DNA of 56,828 nt, from positions 1 through 56,828 of IMG/VR virus record IMGVR_UViG_3300025687_000053. One strand, written 5' to 3'. This DNA comes from a virus. Taxonomy: Duplodnaviria > Caudoviricetes. The notes beneath the pieces are model-generated. The model was given only the letters and a program-made list of their open reading frames with translations. It was not told the DNA's origin and did not search any database. The translations under genes and the position numbers were made by a program. Shown here piece after piece: positions 8,931 to 18,026 of the stretch. How positions within the stretch are numbered: position 1 is the stretch's first letter; every line of letters starts with the position of its first letter.

Positions 8931-9681
8931 AACATTAATCAGTTCCGCAAAGGACTATAAACACACCACAACCCCCGAGGAGGATGGGTTGTTTATTAGT
9001 GAATTTTTTTATGATACTGTACAGGGTGAGAACTTCGTTGGCGTTCCCAGTGCTTTTCTACGGTTAAAGAATTGTCATATTGGTTGTACATGGTGCGACA
9101 GTGCCGTTACTTGGAAGCGTGGTGTGAAATGGAACCACCGACAGCTCTTCCGTAAAATAGAGGAAGCTGGTTTGATAGGTAAGTTTAAGAACGGGCAGCA
9201 TTTGGTTATTACAGGAGGCGCCCCGTTGTTACAGCAGGAACAACTGGTGAAGTTCATAGACGCCTTTATAAATAGGTATCATTTTAAACCTTATATAGAG
9301 ATGGAGAATGAGTGCACCATTATGCCAACACCGACGTTGTTCTTATTGGTAGACCGTTGGAACAATTCACCCAAATTAGAATTAAGTGGTGTTAACAAAA
9401 CAAAGACTTATCACCCACGTATCTTAGAACGCATGTCCCAACAACCAAATAGCTATTTCAAGTTTGTTGTAAGCAGTCAAGGGGACTGGGATGAGATACA
9501 AACAAAGTACATTGACCTCGGTTTAATTAAGAAAGAACAGGTAGTGTTGATGCCTTTGGGAGATAATCGTAAAAAAATACGCCAAATACAAGAAAAAGTT
9601 ATAGGACTCTGCATCGTTAATGGAGTTCGATATAGCCCGCGTCTCCATATAGATATATGGGATATGAGCACAGGAGTTTAA
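8920..9681 (+). CDS. queE: 7-carboxy-7-deazaguanine synthase (radical SAM)
   Basis: SE.F.TVQGE, CHIGCTWCD, VITGG.P, SPKL, KFVV, RLH. Confidence 0.93.
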   Translation: MNPKTLISSAKDYKHTTTPEEDGLFISEFFYDTVQGENFVGVPSAFLRLKNCHIGCTWCDSAVTWKRGVKWNHRQLFRKIEEAGLIGKFKNGQHLVITGGAPLLQQEQLVKFIDAFINRYHFKPYIEMENECTIMPTPTLFLLVDRWNNSPKLELSGVNKTKTYHPRILERMSQQPNSYFKFVVSSQGDWDEIQTKYIDLGLIKKEQVVLMPLGDNRKKIRQIQEKVIGLCIVNGVRYSPRLHIDIWDMSTGV

Positions 9682-9722
9682 AACTGACTTTAAAAAAAAT
9701 TTTAAAAAAGTTTGTCAAAAAC

Positions 9723-9753
9723 TTGTTTTTTGATTTTACGGGTATTAACTTTG
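9723..9753 (+). promoter_or_regulatory. Bacteroidota-type promoter (TTG ... TAACTTTG)
   Basis: TAnnTTTG at 9746-9753 with TTG about 20 nt upstream, preceded by A/T tracts. Confidence 0.65.
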
Positions 9754-9844
9754 TGAATACAACGGTGGACGAAAATGGACAACCTGAAACCACCGCAAAA
9801 CGATAATTAAAACGAAAACATAACATTAATTAAAATTTAAAGCG

Positions 9845-10603
9845 ATGAAAAAAATCAAATTGACGCAACTGAAAAAGGCAGGTAAAGAATTGAACGCATT
9901 ACTGTTTGATGATGACAACCCACAAATCGAAATCAAAGCAAGTGAAGAAGAACTAAGTGCACAAATCCTACAAGCGGTGAATGAGTGCCTTGACCCAGAT
10001 GACGAGGTCAGCAAAGCGACGCAAGAAGTGATTGACGCCCTTCAAGAAAACGCAAGTGAAGAACCAGCTGAGGAAGCAAGTGAAGAACCAGCTGAGGAAG
10101 CAAGTGAAGAACCAGCTGAGGAAGTTGATATGGACGAACTTGCCCAAGAGATTATGGATTGTGAAGATGTTAAAGACTTGCGCAAAATGTGTAAGGAGTA
10201 CGTCGAACTTGAATCTTGTCGTAAGGGTATTGGCATCAAAAAGATTGAAAAACTACGTAACGAAATGCTTGAGGCACTTGGTTACGAGGTTGAAGACTCG
10301 ACAAAGGAAGCCCCAAAGGGTACGGACAAAAAAGAGAAGGGTACAGGTAACAAAAAGGAAAAAGGTGCCAAGAAAGAGAAGAAAGAGGGAGCTGGAACTA
10401 CTGAGTACGGACACCGCAAAGGAAGCCAAAGTGGACAAATTGATGAGGTATTACTTGGTGCCAAGAAAGCCCTTAGCCTGGATGAAATTGCTGAGGAAGT
10501 TGGTTGTACTGCCGGAAGGGTTAAGAACCACATAGCCCACCTTGAAAAAAACAAAGACGTTGAATTCAAATTGGTTAACGATAAATACAGAATCGTTAAG
10601 TAA
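9845..10603 (+). CDS. Acidic low-complexity protein with a C-terminal winged HTH (putative DNA-binding/regulator)
   Basis: ASEEPAEE repeats, Lys-rich linker, LSLDEIAEEVGCTAGRVKNHIAHL HTH. Confidence 0.75.
   Translation: MKKIKLTQLKKAGKELNALLFDDDNPQIEIKASEEELSAQILQAVNECLDPDDEVSKATQEVIDALQENASEEPAEEASEEPAEEASEEPAEEVDMDELAQEIMDCEDVKDLRKMCKEYVELESCRKGIGIKKIEKLRNEMLEALGYEVEDSTKEAPKGTDKKEKGTGNKKEKGAKKEKKEGAGTTEYGHRKGSQSGQIDEVLLGAKKALSLDEIAEEVGCTAGRVKNHIAHLEKNKDVEFKLVNDKYRIVK
10052..10123 (+). repeat. Perfect in-frame tandem repeat, 3 x 24 bp (GCAAGTGAAGAACCAGCTGAGGAA)
   Basis: Directly visible; encodes ASEEPAEE three times. Confidence 0.95.
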
Positions 10604-10604
10604 T

Positions 10605-11594
10605 ATGAGAAACATCGTTAAAGCGGAAGTGTTGTGGACGCGCAAGTGTCCACTTCACTGCCATTATTGTAGCATGGCTACGCAGGAAGCAAACTCCTAT
10701 CCAATTGAGTTATGGAAAGAGGGGTTGCTTCAATTGCGCAAATTGGACTGTAAATTTATAGCCATTTACGGTGCCGAACCGACAGCCGACTTCGATAACC
10801 TGTGTGAGTTTGTAAAGACCGCTAGCCTTATGGGGTTTGACATGACACTGATTACAAGTGGACAAGGTGGAAACATACCTGAGAAACTTAAACTATTATA
10901 TGAAGCAGGTTTACGCTCTTTAACTATGTCTTATGACATTGTACCATTAGACCCCAGTAGTGCTATCAAGAGTAGCAAGGCGCTAAAGACTTTGAATTAT
11001 TTTGGTAGTTTAGGACCTGTAGATAATTTGGCGATCTGTACCACGTTAACCCGCAAGAACTATACCAAGTTATATGATAGCTTTAAAGTGTTGGCAGAGC
11101 TTGGCTATTGGACGTTTTTTGACATTATTCACCACGACCGAGGACAAGAGGGCAGCAAAGTAAAAGGACGTGATGAAGAATTAATGTTTACAGAGGATGA
11201 TATTCTACCCTTAATCACCCAACTGCAACTCCTTAAAACAAACAGGGACAGACTAAAGATACACGCAAGTGATGGTTTTCTTGATTACCTGTGCAACAAC
11301 CCTGAACTCTTTTTAACATACGATTGGAACTGCGCTAACAGTAGAAGTTTCCCAAGTTGGGTGACCATAGATTGTGATGGACAGGTGTACCCATGTGATG
11401 ATTTCCAACCGAAATCAATTGGTGTACCATTCCACCAAATAGCAGACCGTTGGGAAACGTTCCAAGACGCATGGCGTACGAAAGTATCAATAGACTGCCC
11501 TGGCTGTATATGGAACACCCATATCGATGCCAACCTTATTAAAGAGGGGGCAGTTAGTATTAACCAATATATCCATAAAGACAATGGCAGATAG
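10605..11594 (+). CDS. Radical SAM protein with a SPASM/Twitch-like C-terminus
   Basis: CPLHCHYC (CxxxCxxC), GAEP, C...IDCDGQVYPCD...CPGC. Confidence 0.88.
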   Translation: MRNIVKAEVLWTRKCPLHCHYCSMATQEANSYPIELWKEGLLQLRKLDCKFIAIYGAEPTADFDNLCEFVKTASLMGFDMTLITSGQGGNIPEKLKLLYEAGLRSLTMSYDIVPLDPSSAIKSSKALKTLNYFGSLGPVDNLAICTTLTRKNYTKLYDSFKVLAELGYWTFFDIIHHDRGQEGSKVKGRDEELMFTEDDILPLITQLQLLKTNRDRLKIHASDGFLDYLCNNPELFLTYDWNCANSRSFPSWVTIDCDGQVYPCDDFQPKSIGVPFHQIADRWETFQDAWRTKVSIDCPGCIWNTHIDANLIKEGAVSINQYIHKDNGR

Positions 11595-12267
11595 AGATAA
11601 CAGCGTATTGTTGTTTAGTGGTGGGATTGACAGTTTTGTAGCCTACCATTATTTGAACAAACCGAAAACCGTTTATTTTGACGTGCAGAGTAGGTACACC
11701 CAACGGGAACTAGAGGTGGTGAAAAGATTAATACCCAGTACAATCATTGACCACAGCCTAGATTTTAGTAGCCGTGAGATAGGAGTAAACGCCTATATCC
11801 CATTTAGAAACCTTTTACTGGCAGCCCAGGCAGCCAAGTATGCCGATACTATCTACATAGTAGGTATCAAGGGGGACAACGTCAGTGACAAGAACGAAGA
11901 AATCTTTGAAGAGTTCAGTACCCTGTTAACCAAACTGGAGAATAGACCAATCAAAGTCTTAAGCCCATTTTGGGAAAAAACTAAATCTGAAATCATTAGT
12001 TGGTATCTAAACGATCACAAAGGGAATCTTGGAATCTTGTTGCAAACCATTAGTTGCTACGCGCCAAAGGCTACTGGCTCTTACTGTGGACGATGTCCTA
12101 GTTGTTTCCGTAAATGGACTGCTTTAAGGGCTAACGGGATTAACGTACCATTTTACAACGATGCTCTATTAGATGAGTATTACAAGGCTGCTAAAAAAGG
12201 TATTTACATTAAAGAAAGAAACGATGAAATTATCAGGGAAATCGATGCGTATCGCAGTGGACATTGA
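11584..12267 (+). CDS. queC: 7-cyano-7-deazaguanine (preQ0) synthase
   Basis: SGGIDS PP-loop, YIPFRN, SCY...CGRCPSC zinc site. Confidence 0.9.
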   Translation: MADRDNSVLLFSGGIDSFVAYHYLNKPKTVYFDVQSRYTQRELEVVKRLIPSTIIDHSLDFSSREIGVNAYIPFRNLLLAAQAAKYADTIYIVGIKGDNVSDKNEEIFEEFSTLLTKLENRPIKVLSPFWEKTKSEIISWYLNDHKGNLGILLQTISCYAPKATGSYCGRCPSCFRKWTALRANGINVPFYNDALLDEYYKAAKKGIYIKERNDEIIREIDAYRSGH

Positions 12268-12532
12268 TGGTATTTTAACCAATGAAACTGAAGGATACGA
12301 TTATCAAAACCGCACACCCAACCAAGAGAACATTGATACAGTGAACAGGATATATGACCACGGACATATCGTGGTCTTGTTCACCAGTAGATTTGGAGTT
12401 GACCTACACATCACAAAAAGGTGGCTGAAGGAACATGGTGTACAGTATCATAAGTTGATATTGGATAAACCCCAGTACGATATTTTCGTAGACGATAAAG
12501 CGTATAACTCATTTAAAGAATTAGGATTATGA
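12245..12532 (+). CDS. Minimal HAD-superfamily phosphatase
   Basis: VDIDG motif I, FTSR, KP..D.FVDDKA motif IV. Confidence 0.85.
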   Translation: MRIAVDIDGILTNETEGYDYQNRTPNQENIDTVNRIYDHGHIVVLFTSRFGVDLHITKRWLKEHGVQYHKLILDKPQYDIFVDDKAYNSFKELGL

Positions 12533-13431
12533 AAAAAGTATATAATGTGACGCCAGGAGAAATCAATGATTTCTTGGCCGAATTTGATCACGAAGATACT
12601 ACTGTGTACGGAGTGCCCAACGGGGGACTTATGTTAGCAGCGTACCTAACTGAAGCCGAAGTGGTATTTACTGTAGAAGATGCCGACATCATATTAGACG
12701 ACCTGATTGATAGTGGTGTAACTATGGAACGATATAAGGCTGAATGGCCTGATAAACAGTTTAAAGCTATGTTTGATAAACGTGACGGTCAAGCGGATGC
12801 TAATTTTCAAGGACAATGGATTGTGTTTCCTTGGGAACGTAGCCACCCAAATGGTGAGAAAACTATTGAGGACAATATCGTACGAATACTCCAGTACATT
12901 GGTGAAAAACCTGAACGCGATGGTTTGGTTGGTACACCTGACAGGGTGGTTCGTATGTACAGTGAAATCTTCCGTGGATACGATCCTGCACATCGTCCAA
13001 AGGTGACCATCTTTAAAAACGGTGCAGACGGTTTGGATTACAATCAAATGATAACAGACGAGGGAAGTTTCCACAGCCATTGTGAACATCATATGGTTCC
13101 GTTCTTTGGCAAATATTACTTTGCATACATACCCAGTAGAAAAGGAAACATCTTAGGACTGTCTAAGGTGGCGCGTATTGTTGATTATCATGCGGCTAAG
13201 TTACAGATACAGGAACGACTCGGTCACGATATTGTGGAGGACTTATGGAAAGCCCTGTGTACGGGAGCAGATGAACCGTTGGGGATGGCGTTAATGATGC
13301 GTGCGGAACATCTGTGTAAAACGATGCGGGGTGTTAAAAAGAAAGGACAAGCCACTACCACCACATTGAAAGGCGTGTTCTTAACTGAGCCAAAAGTCAA
13401 ACAAGAATTTCTAAACAGTTGTAAGATATGA
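12529..13431 (+). CDS. folE: GTP cyclohydrolase I fused to an N-terminal purine phosphoribosyltransferase-like domain
   Basis: C-terminal half TPDRV, SHCEHHMVPF, GLSK.AR, QER, HLCKTMRG. N-terminal half GVPNGG, LDDLIDSG.T, WIVFPWE. Confidence 0.92.
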   Translation: MKKVYNVTPGEINDFLAEFDHEDTTVYGVPNGGLMLAAYLTEAEVVFTVEDADIILDDLIDSGVTMERYKAEWPDKQFKAMFDKRDGQADANFQGQWIVFPWERSHPNGEKTIEDNIVRILQYIGEKPERDGLVGTPDRVVRMYSEIFRGYDPAHRPKVTIFKNGADGLDYNQMITDEGSFHSHCEHHMVPFFGKYYFAYIPSRKGNILGLSKVARIVDYHAAKLQIQERLGHDIVEDLWKALCTGADEPLGMALMMRAEHLCKTMRGVKKKGQATTTTLKGVFLTEPKVKQEFLNSCKI

Positions 13432-14315
13432 AAATCTATATTGCAGGTATTCACGGGGTTTATGAGACCAGTCAAATAAACCAGTTACTGACGAACAGTT
13501 TGGTGACTTTCTGGGAGAAACCAAAGTTTCACAAATGTCACAGGGAACAGGACATCTTCCTAGACTCGGGAGCCTTTAGTGCTTGGAGTCGTAAAAAATC
13601 AATTGACTTGAAGGATTACATCCGTTACGTAAAAGAGAATGAGGAGTGGATTACTGTGTACGCCAACCTTGATGTCATTGGTAGTGCCAGGAGGTCTTGG
13701 CGTAACCAAATGAAAATGGAAAAGGCTGGGTTAAAACCTATGCCCGTATTTCACACAGAGGACGAGCCTTACTGGTTAGAAAAGTGCGTCAATGAGTACG
13801 AGATGTTTTGTATTGGAGGTATGGCTAAAGGGTTTAGCAGAAAGGAGCGACAGAGCTTCCTAGATCGTTCATTTGAACTGGTTGAGAAGTTAGGTGGATT
13901 GGACCGTTGTAAGATACACGGATTTGGAATGACCAGCTTTGATTTGATGTGGAGATATCCTTGGTATAGTGTGGACAGTACCACGGCAGTGCTTGTCAGT
14001 GGTATGGGTGGGATAATTGTTCCACCACGTAGAAACGGTGAATGGCGTTATGACTTACCACCACACGGAATATCAATAAGTGAAAAGTCACCCAGCGCCA
14101 AAAAGTTGAATGAACATTACACAACTGTTCCCCCAACTGTTAAACAAATGATTGACGATTACCTAACTGAAAACGAGTACAGCTTTAAAGACTGTGCCGA
14201 GAGTTACCTACCAAGGAGGGAATTGAATATTATTTATTACAATACCCTGCAAGATGCAATAACTGAAAAAGGTTCCAACTGGGACGATACTAACAAACTA
14301 ATTCCATTGCTATGA
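13428..14315 (+). CDS. dpdA: DNA 7-deazaguanine transglycosylase (TGT-like)
   Basis: FLDSGAFS, NLDVIG, PVFH, GG, IHGFG, WYSVDS; adjacent to the preQ0 genes. Confidence 0.82.
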   Translation: MKIYIAGIHGVYETSQINQLLTNSLVTFWEKPKFHKCHREQDIFLDSGAFSAWSRKKSIDLKDYIRYVKENEEWITVYANLDVIGSARRSWRNQMKMEKAGLKPMPVFHTEDEPYWLEKCVNEYEMFCIGGMAKGFSRKERQSFLDRSFELVEKLGGLDRCKIHGFGMTSFDLMWRYPWYSVDSTTAVLVSGMGGIIVPPRRNGEWRYDLPPHGISISEKSPSAKKLNEHYTTVPPTVKQMIDDYLTENEYSFKDCAESYLPRRELNIIYYNTLQDAITEKGSNWDDTNKLIPLL

Positions 14316-15322
14316 AAATAAACAAAAACGAACTGAGTAAAGCACTAGACATGGTTAAGCCTGGATTAAGTGCCCAAGAAATGATTGAACAAAGTACTAG
14401 CTTCTGCTTCTTAAATGGACGGGTCATTACGTACAATGACCAAATCAGTATCAGTTACCCATTAGATATTGATTTGGAAGGTGCTATTAACAGTACCGAG
14501 TTGTATGCCTTTGTGAAAAAAGTAAGTAACGAGGAGATAGATGTTAGTATTGACGACAGGGAAATACGTATGAAAGCAGGAAGGGCTAAAGCTGGGTTTG
14601 TACTACAAAGTGAAATAAAACTACCTATCAACGAAGTAGGTGATGTAGAAGAGTGGAAAGACCTCCCAAAAGGATTTCTAAAAGCCCTACGTTTCACGAT
14701 GGGTAGTTGCAGCAATGATATGACTGCCCCTGTTTTGACCTGTGTACATATTAACGGAAAAGTGATGGAGGCTTCAGACCGTTTTAGAATAACCAAGTAC
14801 CAATTAAAGAAGGCTGCCCCGTTAAAACAGTTCCTCCTGCCGGCAGCTGTGTGTGGTACTGTCATTGCTTTTAAACCTGTACAAGTAAGTGAGGGTGAAG
14901 GTTGGGTTCACTTTAAGAACAAAGAGGACGCGGTATTGAGTTGTCGTGTGTTTCAAGATAAGTTTCCAGATGTGTCTAGGTTCTTAGTAGAGGCGGGTGA
15001 GGAGATAAAGTTCCCCTCAGAAATAAAAGGTATCTTGGAAAGGGCTACCATATTCAGCAAAAAAGATAATGCAGCCAATGAGAGTATAGAGCTTGAATTT
15101 AGCAAGAAGAAGGTGGTAATACGCGCCCGCAGTGATTCAGGTTGGTTTGAGGAGAAAGCAAGGGTTGATTATATAGGTAAAGAAGTGACATTCGTTGTTA
15201 CGCCGTATCTATTACAAGATATCCTAGACGAAACGAATGTAGCCACCCTGAATGAAAGTTCTCTTTTGTTTACTGGTGAGGAGTGGCAATACCTATCAAT
15301 GTTAAGAGGGACAGCCAAATAA
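14312..15322 (+). CDS. dnaN: DNA sliding clamp (beta-clamp-like)
   Basis: Size 336 aa; PVLTCVHI, ASDRFRI, FPDV motifs; lies next to the polymerase. Confidence 0.8.
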   Translation: MKINKNELSKALDMVKPGLSAQEMIEQSTSFCFLNGRVITYNDQISISYPLDIDLEGAINSTELYAFVKKVSNEEIDVSIDDREIRMKAGRAKAGFVLQSEIKLPINEVGDVEEWKDLPKGFLKALRFTMGSCSNDMTAPVLTCVHINGKVMEASDRFRITKYQLKKAAPLKQFLLPAAVCGTVIAFKPVQVSEGEGWVHFKNKEDAVLSCRVFQDKFPDVSRFLVEAGEEIKFPSEIKGILERATIFSKKDNAANESIELEFSKKKVVIRARSDSGWFEEKARVDYIGKEVTFVVTPYLLQDILDETNVATLNESSLLFTGEEWQYLSMLRGTAK

Positions 15323-15323
15323 T

Positions 15324-17945
15324 ATGGAGGGATTTTTTACAAAGAAAGAAGTCAGCAGTGAGAACATGCATAGGGGCAAAGCCCTGACCTGTGTCTCCTG
15401 TGGTCGTTACCAACAATGTGAGTCTCCAAAGATGGAGGCAACTGGTAACTTTGGCAAAGGTATTTTGAATATCCTAATAGCCCCAGATAGTTCAGAAGAT
15501 AGTAGGGGGAAACCATACTCGGGAAAGTATGCTAGAACATTGCGTAAACAGTACACTGAGTTCGGTATTGATATGGACGAGGATTGTTTAAATACCTACG
15601 CCGTCAGGTGTAAAGGTGACGAAGTACCTACGTTTGAGGAAGTGACGCAGTGTCGCAGATTTATTATGCAACTGATAAAAGACCGCCAGCCCCGTGTAAT
15701 ATGTGTCTTCAGTGAACATGGTTTGTACAGCCTTATTGGACATCGTTGGTTGAAGGACTTTGGAAATTACCTGAAATGGATTGGCTACCAAATACCAGAC
15801 CAAGACTTCATGGCTTGGATATGTCCAATCGTTATGCCCAAACTGAGTGAAGACAACCCGATATTTGACCTGTACTTTAAACTCCATTTAGAAAGGGCTG
15901 TACAGAAGGTTGATATGCCTGTACCAGTTTACAAAGAACCCGAGTTCATATACCTTGAAGATGACCTTAGTGTGTTGGAAACTTTGAAGACTTTTCGTAT
16001 TAGTTTTGATTATGAAACTACTGGATTAAAACCACACGGGAAAGGACATAGGATTGTATGTGCAAGCGTAGCACCGAACCCCGACCAAGTGTATGTCTTT
16101 ATGATGCCAAAAACAAGACGCAAACAACGCCCGTTCATTAAGTTGTTAAAACGTAAAGACGTATTGAAGATGGCGTATAACATGAAGTTCGAAGATACGT
16201 GGTCTTTCGTACGGTTAAAGACAAGGATTAAAGGTTGGTATTTAGATACGATGTTGGGTGTACACATTTATGACAACCGTCCAGGGACTAAATCCTTAAA
16301 GTTTCAAACCTACGTACGACTCGGGATTGTAAACTATGATGAGGAGGTGTCCCCATATTTAAAGGCAGACCCCAAAGATGGCAACGCAATAAACAAAGTG
16401 CCAGAATTGATTAAAACACCTGAGGGTCGTAAAATGCTGATGAAATACTGTGGGTATGATAGTATCAACGAACATCGCATTGGTAAACTAATTGAAGCCC
16501 CAATGAAGGACGCAAGAAAACAAGGTGATTTGCCTGTACCACAGTATAGCAATTTCGAGGAGGCTTACAAACTATTACACCACGGAACACTCGCGTTAGC
16601 CGAAGCAGAAAGACAGGGGATGCGGATTGATTTAGAGTACTGTGATAAACAAAAGAGGAAGTTGACTCGTAAGATTGAAAAGTACGAATCCAAAATATAT
16701 GGCAGTTCGTTCTACAGACATTGGCAACATACTCTAGGGGGGGCAAGTCCTAATCTAAACAGTGACGACCAATTGGCTAAATACCTGTACGACGTTAAGA
16801 AGATTGAACCTAAAAAGCTGACAGAGCACGGGCGAGGTAGTACAGACGAAGAAGCTTTAAAGATGTTAGAGATACCTGAATTGAATTGGTTGATTAACCG
16901 TGGCAAGTTGATAAAGGTTCGGGATACATACTTGGATGCATTTGTACGGGAACAGGTTGACGGGGTGTTACATCCGTTCTTTAATTTACATATCGCTAGA
17001 ACGTACCGCAGCAGTAGCAACAAACCTAACTTCCAAAACATACCGAAACGGGACTTAGAGACGATGAAATTAGTGCGTAGAGCTATATATCCCAGACATG
17101 GTCACCAGTTAATGGAACTGGACTATTCAGGTATTGAGGTAGCCATTGCAGCCACCTATCACAAAGACCCGACGATGATTAAGTACATCACCGACCCGAC
17201 CACGGATATGCACGGGGATATGGCGCAACAGATATTTATGATTGGCGATTGGGATAGGAAGAATAAGAAACATGGTTATCTAAGAAGCGCTACAAAGAAC
17301 AGTTTCGTATTCCCCCAGTTTTATGGAGACTATTGGCGTAATTGCGCTATGAATTTTTGCGGGAATTGGATAGGCGTACCAAGTGAGGGCAGTAGGTTTA
17401 AGAAGGGGGTTGGTGTTGAAGTGTTTGAGGGTGTACATATGACAGACCATTTAATTGAAAACGGTATTAAATCATACGCCCAATTTGAGAAACATATGAA
17501 AGACATTGAAGATTCATTTTGGGGAGAACGGTTTCCTGTATATGCCAAATGGAAAGAGAAGCATTACAACCGCTATTTGAAACGTGGTTACGTGTCATTT
17601 CATACGGGGTTTGTATGTGGTGGGATAATGGGTAAGAATGATGTCATTAATTACCCAGTACAAGGAGCAGCGTTTCATTGTTTGTTGTGGTTGTTTTGGA
17701 AGTTAACGGAACGGATGAAAGACCTTAAGATGAAAACCAAGTTAATTGGACAAATACACGATGCTATCGTTTTAGATGTACACCCAGATGAATTAGAGGA
17801 TGTGTATAGATTAGCCAAACAGGTGGGAATTGATGAATTAAGACGCACCTTCCCTTGGATAAATGTACCTCTTGAAATGGAAGCTGAGTTGTGTCCTGTC
17901 GATGGTAGCTGGGCTGAAAAAGAGGACTATTTTATTGAGTGTTAA
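15324..17945 (+). CDS. polA: Family A DNA polymerase with an N-terminal UDG-like domain and 3'-5' exonuclease
   Basis: CVSC...RC...C family-4 UDG-like N-terminus; exonuclease DYETTG, YNMKFE, YD; RSSSNKPNFQNIP, motif A DYSGIE, motif B R..TK..F...YG, NYPVQG, motif C IHDA. Confidence 0.93.
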   Translation: MEGFFTKKEVSSENMHRGKALTCVSCGRYQQCESPKMEATGNFGKGILNILIAPDSSEDSRGKPYSGKYARTLRKQYTEFGIDMDEDCLNTYAVRCKGDEVPTFEEVTQCRRFIMQLIKDRQPRVICVFSEHGLYSLIGHRWLKDFGNYLKWIGYQIPDQDFMAWICPIVMPKLSEDNPIFDLYFKLHLERAVQKVDMPVPVYKEPEFIYLEDDLSVLETLKTFRISFDYETTGLKPHGKGHRIVCASVAPNPDQVYVFMMPKTRRKQRPFIKLLKRKDVLKMAYNMKFEDTWSFVRLKTRIKGWYLDTMLGVHIYDNRPGTKSLKFQTYVRLGIVNYDEEVSPYLKADPKDGNAINKVPELIKTPEGRKMLMKYCGYDSINEHRIGKLIEAPMKDARKQGDLPVPQYSNFEEAYKLLHHGTLALAEAERQGMRIDLEYCDKQKRKLTRKIEKYESKIYGSSFYRHWQHTLGGASPNLNSDDQLAKYLYDVKKIEPKKLTEHGRGSTDEEALKMLEIPELNWLINRGKLIKVRDTYLDAFVREQVDGVLHPFFNLHIARTYRSSSNKPNFQNIPKRDLETMKLVRRAIYPRHGHQLMELDYSGIEVAIAATYHKDPTMIKYITDPTTDMHGDMAQQIFMIGDWDRKNKKHGYLRSATKNSFVFPQFYGDYWRNCAMNFCGNWIGVPSEGSRFKKGVGVEVFEGVHMTDHLIENGIKSYAQFEKHMKDIEDSFWGERFPVYAKWKEKHYNRYLKRGYVSFHTGFVCGGIMGKNDVINYPVQGAAFHCLLWLFWKLTERMKDLKMKTKLIGQIHDAIVLDVHPDELEDVYRLAKQVGIDELRRTFPWINVPLEMEAELCPVDGSWAEKEDYFIEC

Positions 17946-18026
17946 TAACTATGTTAAAAACTCTTTTAAAAAGTCTTTAAAATACATTTTTATATACTTA
18001 ATTTTACAACACAAACAAAGGTAATC

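Noticed and set aside
10052-10123. 24-bp repeats as a CRISPR array
   Set aside because: The repeats are directly adjacent with no spacers, are in-frame coding, and no cas genes are present.
10032-10535. 167-aa alternative-frame ORF with QVKNQLRK repeats
   Set aside because: It is a shadow frame of ORF 9845 produced by the tandem repeat and codon bias.
13428-14315. tRNA-guanine transglycosylase acting on tRNA (queuosine auxiliary gene)
   Set aside because: It lacks the TGT C-terminal zinc motif, no tRNAs or queA/queF were seen, and it is adjacent to the clamp and polymerase. DNA-directed DpdA fits better.
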